A stretch of 64,000 bases of DNA from Lachnospiraceae bacterium (GTDB lineage Bacteria > Bacillota > Clostridia > Lachnospirales > Lachnospiraceae): NCBI GenBank assembly GCA_024697225.1, contig JAILGA010000158.1:6898-70897 (forward strand), in the 5' to 3' direction. A model generated the notes under the pieces. That model worked only from the letters and a program-made list of their open reading frames with translations. It did not search any database and was not told the DNA's origin. The position numbers and the translations under genes are program-made. Positions 20,951-31,280 of this stretch are shown here, piece after piece (positions within the stretch are counted from its first letter, which is position 1; the number at the start of each line of letters is the position of its first letter).

Positions 20951-22570
20951 CTATCTGTTCCACTTCTCGCACAGCGCCGTGATCTGATCCGCGAATTTGG
21001 CCAGATCCTTGTTGGCCATGCCTTCGCACTTGCCGATGATGGCGATAAGCCTTGCACCTGCATTCTTGAGCCTCTCGTAGACGTCGTTGACGGCTCTTCT
21101 TGCCTTCTTCTTAACGGGAACAGGCACTGCCTCGTAGACAAAGCGGTTCGAGACGGCATCGAAAATGGTGCCGCTGTAAGGAGCGTACGCATCCAGGCCC
21201 CTTGTCTTCTTTATCATCTCCGCAAAGCCTGCTGCCACGGTGTCCTCACCGTGAACCACAAACACACGCGCGGGCTTTTCCTTAAAGCTGTCGAGCCACC
21301 ACAGAAGGCCGTCCCTGTCGGCATGGCCGGAAAGCCCGATTATCTTATCGATCCTCGCCCTCACGTCAACCTCTTCGCCGAAGAGCTTGATCTGCGTTGC
21401 TCCGTCGACGATAGCACGGCCGAGCGTGCCCACCGACTGGTATCCCACAAAGAGTATGGTCGACTCCTCCCGCCAGATGTTGTGCTTGAGGTGGTGTTTT
21501 ATGCGGCCGGCCTCGCACATGCCGGAGGCGGATATGATGACGCAGGGATCATCCACAAAATTGATGGCTCTCGACTCATCGGGGGTGATGGAGAGATTCA
21601 GCCCCGGGAAAGTCAGCGGGTTTATTCCCTTTTTCAGAAGCTCCTGGGCCTCCTCGTCGTAGCAGTCCATCTGATTTCTTCTGAATATCTCGGTGGCCTC
21701 CACCGCCAGAGGGCTGTCAACAAACACCGGAAAATCATCCACCGTCGTGACCAGCTTTTCCATCTTGATCCTTCTCAGGTAGAACAGAAGCTCCTGGGTG
21801 CGGCCCACGGCAAAGGAGGGGATCACCACATTTCCTCCCTTCGCAAAGGTCTCGTTGAGGATCTTGGCGAGTTCCCGCATCACATCCGGCTTAACGGCAC
21901 TGTGAAGCCTGTCGCCGTAGGTGGATTCCATTATCACATAGTCCGCCTCATCGGTTGGCATGGGATCCCTGATCAGCGGCTGATCGGTGTTGCCGATGTC
22001 GCCCGAAAACACGAACTTTTTGGTATTCGCGCCCTCTCTTGCCCACACCTCGATGCTTGAGCTTCCGAGAAGGTGCCCGATATCGGTGAACCTGATCTGG
22101 ATCTCACCAAGTCCGTCCTTATCCTTGAATACATTGACCTTGCGGTCATAGGCACAGGGCACGAAGTGCTTGAGGATGTTGAGCACGTCCTCCATTGAAT
22201 ATCTGGGCGCGGTCTGCTCGATCTCGCTGTTCCTCTTGCCCTTCCTGTTTCTCCATTCAGCTTCCTGCGCCTGTATGTGCGCGCAGTCTCTGAGCATTAT
22301 GTCGCACAGATCGCAGGTCGCTTCGGTGGCAAAGACCTGACCGTCAAAGCCACCGGCCGCAAGAAGAGGAAGCAGGCCCGAATGGTCTATGTGGGCATGG
22401 GTGAGAAAAACGTAATCGATCTTGGCAGGCGACACCGGCAGCGGCACGTTTTCGAAATCATCCTTGCCCTGCTCCATTCCGTAGTCCACCAGTATATGCC
22501 GTCCCGCGGCCTCCAGGTAATGACAGCTGCCCGTGACCTCGTGATCGGCGCCAATAAACATAAGTTGCAT
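20951..22570 (-). CDS. MBL-fold beta-CASP nuclease (Ysh1/CPSF-like)
   Basis: THAHIDHSG, GHLLGS, MESTYG, SASGMCEAGR, SGHAD, VHGE. Confidence 0.9.
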   Translation of the reverse strand: MQLMFIGADHEVTGSCHYLEAAGRHILVDYGMEQGKDDFENVPLPVSPAKIDYVFLTHAHIDHSGLLPLLAAGGFDGQVFATEATCDLCDIMLRDCAHIQAQEAEWRNRKGKRNSEIEQTAPRYSMEDVLNILKHFVPCAYDRKVNVFKDKDGLGEIQIRFTDIGHLLGSSSIEVWAREGANTKKFVFSGDIGNTDQPLIRDPMPTDEADYVIMESTYGDRLHSAVKPDVMRELAKILNETFAKGGNVVIPSFAVGRTQELLFYLRRIKMEKLVTTVDDFPVFVDSPLAVEATEIFRRNQMDCYDEEAQELLKKGINPLTFPGLNLSITPDESRAINFVDDPCVIISASGMCEAGRIKHHLKHNIWREESTILFVGYQSVGTLGRAIVDGATQIKLFGEEVDVRARIDKIIGLSGHADRDGLLWWLDSFKEKPARVFVVHGEDTVAAGFAEMIKKTRGLDAYAPYSGTIFDAVSNRFVYEAVPVPVKKKARRAVNDVYERLKNAGARLIAIIGKCEGMANKDLAKFADQITALCEKWNR

Positions 22571-22691
22571 GATCGGCCTCCCGGGAGTACAATGTGGTGT
22601 TGACGCTAGGAACTAACTGATCTGATTATACCATAAATCTCATTGTGATAACGGATAATCTTTGGAAAACACTCATGAAAGAACCTGACCT

Positions 22692-23555
22692 ATGATTGAG
22701 AGACTCAAAGAAAACACATATATCAAAAACCTGATGCTTTACGCAAGCCCGATGCCTGGTTTTCTCTCCGGCAGCTCGCTCAAGTTGATCGCCGTCATAA
22801 CGATGGCGATCGATCACTTTGCCGCGTGTATCATATATGCCATGCTCGTATGGCATGTGCTGCCTTTTAACATAAGCTTTGCCAGACTTTATGAAATCTA
22901 CGAGGTCATGCGCGGGATCGGACGCCAGGCCTTTCCCATCTATTGTTTTCTTTTGGTTGAGGGCTTCATGCACACCCGCAGCCGCTTAAAATACCTGGGA
23001 AATCTGACCATATTTGCCCTGATATCCGAGATTCCTTTTGACATTGCTCTGGAATGTCCTCCCGAATACATGGACATCCCGGATGTCTTTATCCTGATCT
23101 CTGAGTGCCGTGAACAGTTTATGTCGCACCAGAACGTGTTCTTTACTCTTGCCATCGGAATGCTTTGCTGCTGGGCCGCGGATGCCTTCATAAAGCGCTT
23201 TGCCGACGGATGGTTCATGACGCTTATCTGTGTGCTGTTCGCAGCAGGCATCGGATTCGCAGGGTTCAAGCTCGCAGATGTATGTAACACCGACTATCAT
23301 GGCATAGGTGTCCTGCTCATTTATGCGATGTATGCTCTGCACTGGTTCCGCATCCCGGCACTCGGTCTGGGCTTTGCCATACTGACCAGGCTTAACGCCG
23401 AGCTATGGAGCTTCCCGGCCTTTATTCTCATGCTTTTCTACAACGGAAAACGCGGCTTCCTCAAAAAGGGAACCGCGTCAAAGTACTTCTTCTATCTGTT
23501 TTATCCCGTTCACTTTATCCTTCTCGCAATTATCAGGATACTGATGCTGTCATAG
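22692..23555 (+). CDS. TraX family membrane protein (putative acyltransferase)
   Basis: LKLIAVITMAIDH, IGRQAFPIYCFLLVEGFMHTR, SEIPF, QNVFFTL, YNGKRG, FYLFYPVH. Confidence 0.85.
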   Translation: MIERLKENTYIKNLMLYASPMPGFLSGSSLKLIAVITMAIDHFAACIIYAMLVWHVLPFNISFARLYEIYEVMRGIGRQAFPIYCFLLVEGFMHTRSRLKYLGNLTIFALISEIPFDIALECPPEYMDIPDVFILISECREQFMSHQNVFFTLAIGMLCCWAADAFIKRFADGWFMTLICVLFAAGIGFAGFKLADVCNTDYHGIGVLLIYAMYALHWFRIPALGLGFAILTRLNAELWSFPAFILMLFYNGKRGFLKKGTASKYFFYLFYPVHFILLAIIRILMLS

Positions 23556-23585
23556 AATTTCATGGGGTCGCGATACCTGATGTGC

Positions 23586-25034
23586 TCAGGATGTCCGTTT
23601 CCAGGTACCCGGGCGGAAGAGGATGAGCATCGGCAGGATCTCGAGGCGCCCGGCCAGCATGTCAAAAATAAAGACCAGCTTTGAAAGGTGAGAAAAGGCG
23701 CTGTAGTTGCCGGTCGGTCCGACCATCGAAAGACCGGGTCCCACGTTGTTGAGAGTGGCCGCAACACCTGTCACCGTGGTCTCAAGGTCAAAACCGTTCA
23801 GCGAGACTATCAGGATCGAAATCAGGAAGATCGCGGCATAGAGTATCAGATAAGCCGCTGTTGACCTGACTGTCTTTTCCTCAACGGATTTGCCGTCCAG
23901 ATGTATGCGCAGGACGCTCCGCCTGTGAGTGACGTGCACGATCTCGCTCTTGGCTGTCTTTAGCAGTATCAGCACACGGGAGACCTTGAAACCGCCGCCC
24001 GTGGATCCGGCGCAGGCTCCTATCAGGCACAGCACCATAAGCAGCGCCCTGGAAAACTCCGGCCACATATTGAAGTCCTTCGTGGCAAATCCCGTGGTGG
24101 ATGTGATGGATGCGACGTTGAAGAGCGCATGTCTGAAGGCCTCAATACCGCCGCTTATTGTTCCCGCGTGCAGCAGATCAATGGTCACAAGAGCCGCCGA
24201 GCCGAAGACCATGATCAAGTATCCTCTGACCTCCTCCATCTTGATGGCGGCCAGTCCCTGACCCGCCACTATAAAGTAGAAAAAGTTGAAATTGATGCTG
24301 CAGAGGATCATAAACACCGTGACGACAGTCTGGGATGCCGCGTTGTAGCCGCCCATACCCTGATCGGTCACTGCAAAGCCGCCCGTTCCCACCGTGGAAA
24401 AGGTGACCGTAAAAGCATCATAAACGGGCATGCCCGTGATGATGAGGAGCATTGTCTCCATCACGCTGAAAAACATGTAGATGAGATAGAGTATCTTTGC
24501 CGTGCTTGCAAGCTTAGGCACAAGCTTTGATGCAGTGGGTCCGGGGCTCTCCGCCCGCATGAGGTGCATTCCGTAGCCCTCGGCCATGGGAAGGATCGCA
24601 AGGATGAACACCAAAACCCCCATGCCGCCTATCCAGTGGGAAAAGCAGCGCCAGAACTGGACACTCTTCGACATTCCCTCAACTGAGGTGAGAATGCTGC
24701 CTCCGGTAGTCGTAAGGCCCGATACGATCTCGAAGAGAGCGTCGATGAAATCCGGGCAGTCGCCCGAGACGACAAACGGTATCGCACCGATCACACTCAT
24801 AATGATCCATGAGAGGCTCGTTGCAACAAAGCCTTCTCTTGCATAAAACTCGCGGGTCCCGGGCTTTTTTATCTGGATGAGCCCGCCGACAGTCATACAC
24901 GCGACTGCCGCCACGACGAAGATCCACACCTCGCTCTCGCGGTAGATCAGTGCGACAACAAGGGGCAGAAGAAACAAAAGTCCCGTGACAAAGATAAGTC
25001 TTCCGAAAAGAAATCTCAGAAATCCGTAATTCAT
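23586..25034 (-). CDS. trkH: TrkH family potassium uptake protein
   Basis: Pore loops SGLTTTG, TGGF, TTTGF, NNVGPG; GSTGGGFKVSR. Confidence 0.93.
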   Translation of the reverse strand: MNYGFLRFLFGRLIFVTGLLFLLPLVVALIYRESEVWIFVVAAVACMTVGGLIQIKKPGTREFYAREGFVATSLSWIIMSVIGAIPFVVSGDCPDFIDALFEIVSGLTTTGGSILTSVEGMSKSVQFWRCFSHWIGGMGVLVFILAILPMAEGYGMHLMRAESPGPTASKLVPKLASTAKILYLIYMFFSVMETMLLIITGMPVYDAFTVTFSTVGTGGFAVTDQGMGGYNAASQTVVTVFMILCSINFNFFYFIVAGQGLAAIKMEEVRGYLIMVFGSAALVTIDLLHAGTISGGIEAFRHALFNVASITSTTGFATKDFNMWPEFSRALLMVLCLIGACAGSTGGGFKVSRVLILLKTAKSEIVHVTHRRSVLRIHLDGKSVEEKTVRSTAAYLILYAAIFLISILIVSLNGFDLETTVTGVAATLNNVGPGLSMVGPTGNYSAFSHLSKLVFIFDMLAGRLEILPMLILFRPGTWKRTS

Positions 25035-26386
25035 GCCAGGATATCACCTATCTTTCTGATCTGTCCGGTGGAGACGATTATGACGCTGTCCCTTTCCCTG
25101 ATCTCGTCGTTACCTCCGGGGATGATGACCTCCGAATTGCGGATGATGGCGCCGATCAGGATGCCGGGCTTGAGTTTCAGTTCCTTCAGGGTCTTGCCTT
25201 TGAAGACCGAGGCTTCGCGCACCCTGAACTCAGTGACCTCAACCCTTCCGTCCTCAAGTCTGTAGAGGGATTCGAGCTCGCCGCGCTCGGCACCAGCCAT
25301 TCCCCTGACATAGCGGACTATGCGGTTTGCGGTGATATTTCTCGGATAAAGGATCGAGCCCACGTCCATGGCGCCTATGATCTCATCGTAGGAAACCCTG
25401 TGCACACGGGTGATGCGCTTTGCCCCCGGCGCAACACTCCTGGCATACATCGAGAGCATGATGTTTTCCTCGTCGAGATTGGTAAGCGAGACAAAGGCCT
25501 CCGCATTCTTAAGCCCCTCCTCCAGAAGCAGCTCCTTCTCGGTGCCGTCGCCGTTTATCACCAGTGCCTCGGGGAGCATATCGGAGAGCTCATTGCATCT
25601 CTCTTTGTCCTTTTCAAAAATCTTCACGCCGATGCCCATGGCTATCAGCTGCTCGGCGAGGTAGAAGCCCGTGTCGCCGCAGCCCACGATCATGCAGGAA
25701 CGGACGCTTGCGGTGTCAAGTCCCAGCTTCTTAAAGAGTCTCAGAAGATTTCTCTGGGATCCCACAAAGCTTATTTCATCGCCCTCCCGCACTATGAAAT
25801 GACCGTTAGGGATGAATATCTCGTCCTCTCTCTGCACTATGCAGGCCAGAACGCCCGTCAGAAGATCCGGCGGCATGTCCATCAGGGTCTTGTCAACGAA
25901 CCTGGATTTACTGTTGATCTTGAGTCTGACCAGCTCCGCCCTTCCCTTTGCAAAGGTCTCTATGGCGCTTGCTGACGGGAATTTCAGGAGTCTTGCCGCG
26001 TCGCCCGCTGCCGCCTCCTCGGGATTGATGACCATGGAGAGGCCCAGTTCTTCTTTGATATAGCCTATCTCGCGCTTGTATACGGGATTTCTGACCCTTG
26101 CGATAGTATGGCAGTCACCGGCCTTCTTCGCTATCAGGCAGCACAGAAGATTTCTCTCATCGCTTGCGGTGACTGCGATAAGAAGATCGGCATTTTCGAT
26201 GCCCGCCTCCCGCTGTACCTGAAAACTCGCGCCGTTGCCGACCATGCCCATGCAGTCCAGACTGTTGGATACAGCATCGATGACAGTCTCATCGGTGTCG
26301 ATGACAGTAACACTGTGTCCTTCCGCAAGAAGGAGCTTTGTGAGCATATTGCCCACATTTCCGCAACCAACTATGATGATACGCAT
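25031..26386 (-). CDS. trkA: Trk potassium transporter regulatory subunit
   Basis: Two RCK_N Rossmann motifs (IVGCGNVG, IVGCGDTG) with RCK_C domains. Confidence 0.93.
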   Translation of the reverse strand: MRIIIVGCGNVGNMLTKLLLAEGHSVTVIDTDETVIDAVSNSLDCMGMVGNGASFQVQREAGIENADLLIAVTASDERNLLCCLIAKKAGDCHTIARVRNPVYKREIGYIKEELGLSMVINPEEAAAGDAARLLKFPSASAIETFAKGRAELVRLKINSKSRFVDKTLMDMPPDLLTGVLACIVQREDEIFIPNGHFIVREGDEISFVGSQRNLLRLFKKLGLDTASVRSCMIVGCGDTGFYLAEQLIAMGIGVKIFEKDKERCNELSDMLPEALVINGDGTEKELLLEEGLKNAEAFVSLTNLDEENIMLSMYARSVAPGAKRITRVHRVSYDEIIGAMDVGSILYPRNITANRIVRYVRGMAGAERGELESLYRLEDGRVEVTEFRVREASVFKGKTLKELKLKPGILIGAIIRNSEVIIPGGNDEIRERDSVIIVSTGQIRKIGDILA

Positions 26387-26407
26387 TTTCCTGTCCTCAT
26401 GTATTTA

Positions 26408-27145
26408 TCAATATGCAGCGATGCTCCTGAAGCATTCCGCAAAAATGTCCTCGAACTCGTCATCGGAAGCCCACGCGCAGGAAACCGTGAACACCTTGTC
26501 ATCCGAGATGAACATCCTTGTCTCCTCGGTTATGTCCTTCTTAGCGCCGGTTATCTTTGAGATGATCCTGTAGCCCGGAAAGGCAGTCCCGTCCGACGCC
26601 CGTCTCAAGGTGATCCTGTCAAAGCTCTCCACCGAAAGCTCAAGGCCATCTTCCATCATCTCTGTCGCCGCTTTTGTCCAGGCATCCTTTGTCAGGGAGG
26701 CATAGAGTCTCTTCAGTGAGGCCCTGGTCTCCCCGCGCTCGCTCATGGCGGCCTTTTCGCTGTTTGTGAGCGCCGCCTCCTCGGCGATATCCACGATCGA
26801 CACGGTGATATTGGCGGCATCAAGCGGATATCTGGATGTGACAAACACCCCGGGCTTGTCAGACGGCATAAACTCCGGCGGTATTACCGCGGAGAACGAC
26901 AGGGCATGCGGCAGATCCGCTTCGGAAACCACCGGTTTGTCGATCGACTGCTGCGGAGCATCAGACCGTTCAGCCATGCTTATTCCGGTCTTCTGCAGGG
27001 CGGTACTCTCTCCGGCAGTTTCTGTATCCGCAGAAGTTATCCCGGTCTCCTGCGAAGCGTAAGCGCTGCTGCCCCGCAAAATCATGAGCGCGGCAAGCGC
27101 CGCGCTCGTCAGTATTATCTTTATAATGCCTGTTTTAGTCCGCAT
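26408..27145 (-). CDS. Secreted hypothetical protein, possibly PsbP/DcrB-like fold
   Basis: Signal peptide (AYA); C-terminal pattern ANITV...FTVSCAW...FEDIFAECFRSI; fold assignment tentative. Confidence 0.55.
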   Translation of the reverse strand: MRTKTGIIKIILTSAALAALMILRGSSAYASQETGITSADTETAGESTALQKTGISMAERSDAPQQSIDKPVVSEADLPHALSFSAVIPPEFMPSDKPGVFVTSRYPLDAANITVSIVDIAEEAALTNSEKAAMSERGETRASLKRLYASLTKDAWTKAATEMMEDGLELSVESFDRITLRRASDGTAFPGYRIISKITGAKKDITEETRMFISDDKVFTVSCAWASDDEFEDIFAECFRSIAAY

Positions 27146-29015
27146 TTTCAGCCAGTTCGAGGCTTCTCTCGCTGTTCAGCTTCTCGCAGAGCTTCACGAA
27201 TTTGTCGAGAGGCACTCCCTGCAACTGCTTGTTTGAGCCGCGGACGTTGACGGAAACAGTATTCTCCGCCGCCTCTTTATCCCCGAGTACAAGAATATAA
27301 GGATCTTTGAGATTCTTGTACTTCTTTATCTTTTCCTTCATGTTGCTGTCTGTATCATCGACCTCGACTCTCACGCCTGCCTCTGCGAGCGCAGCCGCCA
27401 CACGGGCCGCATACTCGTTGTGCTCGGTGCGTATCGGAACGATGCCCACCTGATAAGGCGAAAGCCAGAACGGGAAAGCACCTTTGAAGTTCTCGATGAT
27501 GATACCGATGAAGCGCTCCAGCGAGCCGTAGATCGCCCTGTGTATGACAACCGGCATCTGCATGCTGCCGTCCCTGTCCTGATAGGTGAGGCCAAAGTTA
27601 TGCGGCAGCTGGAAGTCCAGCTGGATCGTGCCGCACTGCCATTCCCTTCCGAGAGCATCTTTGATCTGAAGGTCGATCTTGGGACCATAGAAAGCACCGT
27701 CGCCTTCATTGACCTCGTAGCCGCCCTCGCCGTACTTGTTGTCAAGAATGCGTTTCAAAGCCGCTTCGGCGCGGTTCCACACCTCGATATCGCCCATGAA
27801 ATCGTCAGGTCTGGTGGAGAGCTCGGCCCTGTAGGTCACACCGAAGGTCGCATAGATCTCGTCGGCAATGGCGATGATATCCGCGATCTCATCCTCTATC
27901 TGACTCTCCATGACAAAAGTGTGATCGTCATCCTGCCTGAACTCCTGCACTCTGAAGAGACCGTTCATCTGTCCGGATTTTTCTTTGCGGTGGAGCACGT
28001 CGTATTCGCTGTAGCGTATCGGCAGCTCCTTGTAGGAATGGACGGTGCGTTTGTAGGTCATCATGGCATTGGGGCAGTTCATGGGCTTTGCAGCCATGGT
28101 GTCCACCGCCTCCCTGTTATATATCACGGTATGCTTTCCGAGCATGACCTTCCTCGGTGCGGCATCAGCATCCTCTATGTCGGGATAGACATCCGCCACC
28201 TCGCTGTCGGCGCGCAGGAAGCCCTCAACGCCCGGAACGATGAACATGTTGTTGAGATAGTGCGCCCAATGGCCGCTTATGAGCCACAGCTTCTTGTTGT
28301 TGACAAGGGGTGCCGCTATTTCGGTGTATCCGTGCTTCTCCTGAAGCTCTCTCGAAAACTTCAGCAGCTCCTGGTACATGCGCCAGCCGCGGGGCAGCCA
28401 GTAAGGCATACCGGGTGCGGTCTCGTCAAACATGAACAGCGACAGCTCCTGGCCGATCTTCTTGTGGTCGCGCTCAAGCGCCTCCTGAATGAACTTCAGG
28501 TGTGCCTTCAGCTCATCCCTTGAAGGGAAAGCGTAAAGATATATCCTCTGAAGGCTGTCCCTCTTCTCATCGCCTCTCCAATAAGCGCCGGAAACGGAAC
28601 GTATCCTGTACGCAACGTTCATGAGCTCCTGTGAGTTTTCAACATGAGGGCCTCTGCAGAGATCGGTGAAATCATCACCGGTCTTGTAGATGGTGATGAT
28701 CTCCCCCTCGGGAAGATCGTTTATGAGCTCGGTCTTGAACTTCTGTCCCTCAAAAAGCTTTAAGGCTTCGTCCTTTGAAACCTCCTGCCTGGTCCAGGGC
28801 TCACGCCTCTTGATGATCTCGCGCATCTTTTCTTCAATGGCGGCAAAGTCCGCCTCGCCCACTGATGCCGGGATCAGGAAATCATAGTAGCAGCCGTCGT
28901 CGATCTGCGGACCGATGGCGTACTGTACTTCTTTTCCGTATATTTCTATTACTGCCTTCGCCAGGATATGCGCCAGCGAATGCCTGTATACCTCTAAAAA
29001 CTCCTGCTTATCCAT
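27135..29015 (-). CDS. thrS: Threonine--tRNA ligase (no TGS domain, catalytic-domain insertion)
   Basis: RHSLAH, DLCRGPH, RDHKKIG, KPMNCP, GAFYGPKID, IHRAIYGSLERF. Confidence 0.96.
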   Translation of the reverse strand: MDKQEFLEVYRHSLAHILAKAVIEIYGKEVQYAIGPQIDDGCYYDFLIPASVGEADFAAIEEKMREIIKRREPWTRQEVSKDEALKLFEGQKFKTELINDLPEGEIITIYKTGDDFTDLCRGPHVENSQELMNVAYRIRSVSGAYWRGDEKRDSLQRIYLYAFPSRDELKAHLKFIQEALERDHKKIGQELSLFMFDETAPGMPYWLPRGWRMYQELLKFSRELQEKHGYTEIAAPLVNNKKLWLISGHWAHYLNNMFIVPGVEGFLRADSEVADVYPDIEDADAAPRKVMLGKHTVIYNREAVDTMAAKPMNCPNAMMTYKRTVHSYKELPIRYSEYDVLHRKEKSGQMNGLFRVQEFRQDDDHTFVMESQIEDEIADIIAIADEIYATFGVTYRAELSTRPDDFMGDIEVWNRAEAALKRILDNKYGEGGYEVNEGDGAFYGPKIDLQIKDALGREWQCGTIQLDFQLPHNFGLTYQDRDGSMQMPVVIHRAIYGSLERFIGIIIENFKGAFPFWLSPYQVGIVPIRTEHNEYAARVAAALAEAGVRVEVDDTDSNMKEKIKKYKNLKDPYILVLGDKEAAENTVSVNVRGSNKQLQGVPLDKFVKLCEKLNSERSLELAENAD

Positions 29016-29119
29016 TATATTTCACCTCTCAATCACGCACCCGTGATCCCTGTGCCTTCCCGGCGGTTCACTTTTTTGTGATTCCGGTCAGCTTTTCTGC
29101 TTTTCTGTTCCGGTTCCTG

Positions 29120-29647
29120 TCAGTCCTTCTCGAAACGGTTCACGCCCGGCTTTCCGTGGCATTTCTTAAATTTCTTGCCGCTGCCGCAGGGGCAGGGATC
29201 GTTGGGATAAACCTTCATTTCCTTGCGCACGGTGCGGGAGGCCTTCTGCTCCTTGTAGAGCTCCTTCCTCTCCTCCTCGGTGAAGATGGCATCCCACTGG
29301 GGAAGCTCGTAGAGCCAGTTGGCTTCGGCCCTTACCATGTGCTTATAGAGCAATGCCTTGTCAAATGCAAGGCTAACCTTTGTATCCTCCTCCATCTCGT
29401 TGATGGGGTTAGGTGTCTTAAGGCTGTCATCGATGCCATCGAGGAAGCCCGTCATGGTCATGATATCCACTTCGTACTTCTCGGCCAGCTCTTTGACTGT
29501 GCCCTCCACCTCCTCGTCGGGATTCTCGAGGAGCTTCTCATATATACCCTTTTCCTTCAGGAAGTAATCATCCCAGAGCCGCTTCAGTTCGTCCCTGGGT
29601 GTGCTCTCCGAATATGCCATGTCATACCATTTCTGCAAAAGTGCCAT
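29120..29647 (-). CDS. SEC-C motif domain protein
   Basis: C-terminal PNDPCPCGSGKKFKKCHG. Confidence 0.88.
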   Translation of the reverse strand: MALLQKWYDMAYSESTPRDELKRLWDDYFLKEKGIYEKLLENPDEEVEGTVKELAEKYEVDIMTMTGFLDGIDDSLKTPNPINEMEEDTKVSLAFDKALLYKHMVRAEANWLYELPQWDAIFTEEERKELYKEQKASRTVRKEMKVYPNDPCPCGSGKKFKKCHGKPGVNRFEKD

Positions 29648-29767
29648 TTCTGTCGCCTCCTGCCCTTTATGCGGGCTTTGTCATGCGTGTTATTATCCTG
29701 TATCGGCTTAACACGCTCTCTGCTTTATAAGTTTATCTGTTTTATGGGGATGATTCTCCCGTTTCTG

Positions 29768-30409
29768 TCATTTCTTGTCTTTTGAATCCTTGTCGTCTTT
29801 CAGGACTTCTGTTTTGTCAGCATCTTCTTTTTTATCTTTGTCATCTGACTTATCTGAGGATTCCTTGTCATCAGCGGCTTTGTCTTCTGTCTTTTCGGCG
29901 GCATCCTTGTCGTCCGAAGCCTTTTCAGATGCTTTTTCGTCGGTCTTCAGGACTTCTGTTTTTCCCTCATCCGCCGCCTTATCGTCCGTTGAAGCCTCGT
30001 TCTTTGCCCCCAGTTCCTTGGGAACATCAATCGCTTCGCCGGCGGGTTTTGCTGCTTTGCCCGTCATTGTGCATTTGCCCTGGAATACAGCGTTCTCGTC
30101 GATTACCAGGCGCTCCGCAGTGATATCTCCAAACACGCGGCCGGTGTCACTGATCTCAACTTTGCCCTTGGGGCACTCCACGTCTCCGTACACATCGCCG
30201 GCTGACATAAGGTTGCTTGCCTTGATGCCGCCGCGGACGACGGCCTTGTTACCCACTACGACGCTCTCCTTGGTCCTCACGGCGCCGTTCACAATGCCGT
30301 CCACACGGATCGCATGCGTAGCAAGCACCGAACCCTCTATGGTCACATCCGACGAAATGATCGTGACTATCTTGTCATTTAAAGCATCATCAACCTTACT
30401 TCCAAACAT
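29768..30409 (-). CDS. Bactofilin (polymer-forming cytoskeletal protein) with charged low-complexity tail
   Basis: TIISSDVTIEG...IRVDGIVNG...VFGDI...LVIDENAVFQGKC. Confidence 0.88.
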   Translation of the reverse strand: MFGSKVDDALNDKIVTIISSDVTIEGSVLATHAIRVDGIVNGAVRTKESVVVGNKAVVRGGIKASNLMSAGDVYGDVECPKGKVEISDTGRVFGDITAERLVIDENAVFQGKCTMTGKAAKPAGEAIDVPKELGAKNEASTDDKAADEGKTEVLKTDEKASEKASDDKDAAEKTEDKAADDKESSDKSDDKDKKEDADKTEVLKDDKDSKDKK

Positions 30410-30463
30410 TATGCTCTCTCCTCCTTAACACTGATGCTGAAATAATCCGTAATCGCGTATTCC

Positions 30464-31273
30464 TTAGCCGTCTATCTCCGTGATCTCCTCGGGGTCAATG
30501 AACACGTCATCCTGCTTGATCTGGTATCCAAGCGTATTGTTTCCCGCAACCACGAAAAGGATACTGCCCTGAATGACCTCATCGCCTTCACGGACCATGG
30601 CATCCCCCGCATTTCTGTAAATACTCACATAACCATTGCCGTGATCTATCTCTATCCTTCTGCCGTACTTCTTATCATCGGTCACAGCGCTAACTATACC
30701 GTCGCCGGCTGCCACAACACTGGAACCCTCGGCGATATCGGAGAAGTACAGGATCGGATCCCCCGGCACATCATCGGGAGACAAACCGTTCTGCTCGCGC
30801 TCAGCCAACAACGCCAGGGCTTCTTCAATAGTGTCGGCCTCCTCCGGATCTCTGGTGTTCTGCATTGTCGAGGCACCCATTACCGGAGCACCTGTCGGCA
30901 GATGCTTCTGGGCACTTTCGCTCTCTGCGTTGGCCTCCTTGACCACTTTGGAGCTGATGGACTTGTTGAGCTGATCCACCTTTGCGCTAAGCTCCGCATT
31001 CTTTGACTCAAGAGACTCGTTTTCCTTGATAAGAGCGGAGATCCGGTCACTCTGGATCACGGTCACACGCTCCAGACCGTCTATGGTCATGACGCTGTAA
31101 ACTATATAACATATTAGAAGCACAATAGCAAAAAACAGCCCGAAGGCCAAAAGCTGAGAACTGACGTGCCCCAGCCGAACCGTACCCGTGCTGCCGTCCG
31201 AATCATCGGATACCACTAAAATCGTGTAACCACGACTGTGCCTGTGCTTTTTGGGCGTTTTATCTTCAAGCAT
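30464..31273 (-). CDS. Membrane-anchored coiled-coil protein with degenerate M23/LytM domain
   Basis: TM, coiled coil, VVAAGDG...YGRRIEIDHGNGYVSIY...FIDP; Zn-binding His motifs missing; start moved to the ATG just after a promoter. Confidence 0.8.
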   Translation of the reverse strand: MLEDKTPKKHRHSRGYTILVVSDDSDGSTGTVRLGHVSSQLLAFGLFFAIVLLICYIVYSVMTIDGLERVTVIQSDRISALIKENESLESKNAELSAKVDQLNKSISSKVVKEANAESESAQKHLPTGAPVMGASTMQNTRDPEEADTIEEALALLAEREQNGLSPDDVPGDPILYFSDIAEGSSVVAAGDGIVSAVTDDKKYGRRIEIDHGNGYVSIYRNAGDAMVREGDEVIQGSILFVVAGNNTLGYQIKQDDVFIDPEEITEIDG

Positions 31274-31280
31274 GAAAAGG

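Noticed and set aside
22692-23555. TraX gene as evidence of a conjugative element
   Set aside because: Solitary; no relaxase, T4SS or integrase nearby; TraX-like genes are common on Firmicute chromosomes
29016-29119. T-box leader for thrS
   Set aside because: Gap too short; no T-box consensus or terminator
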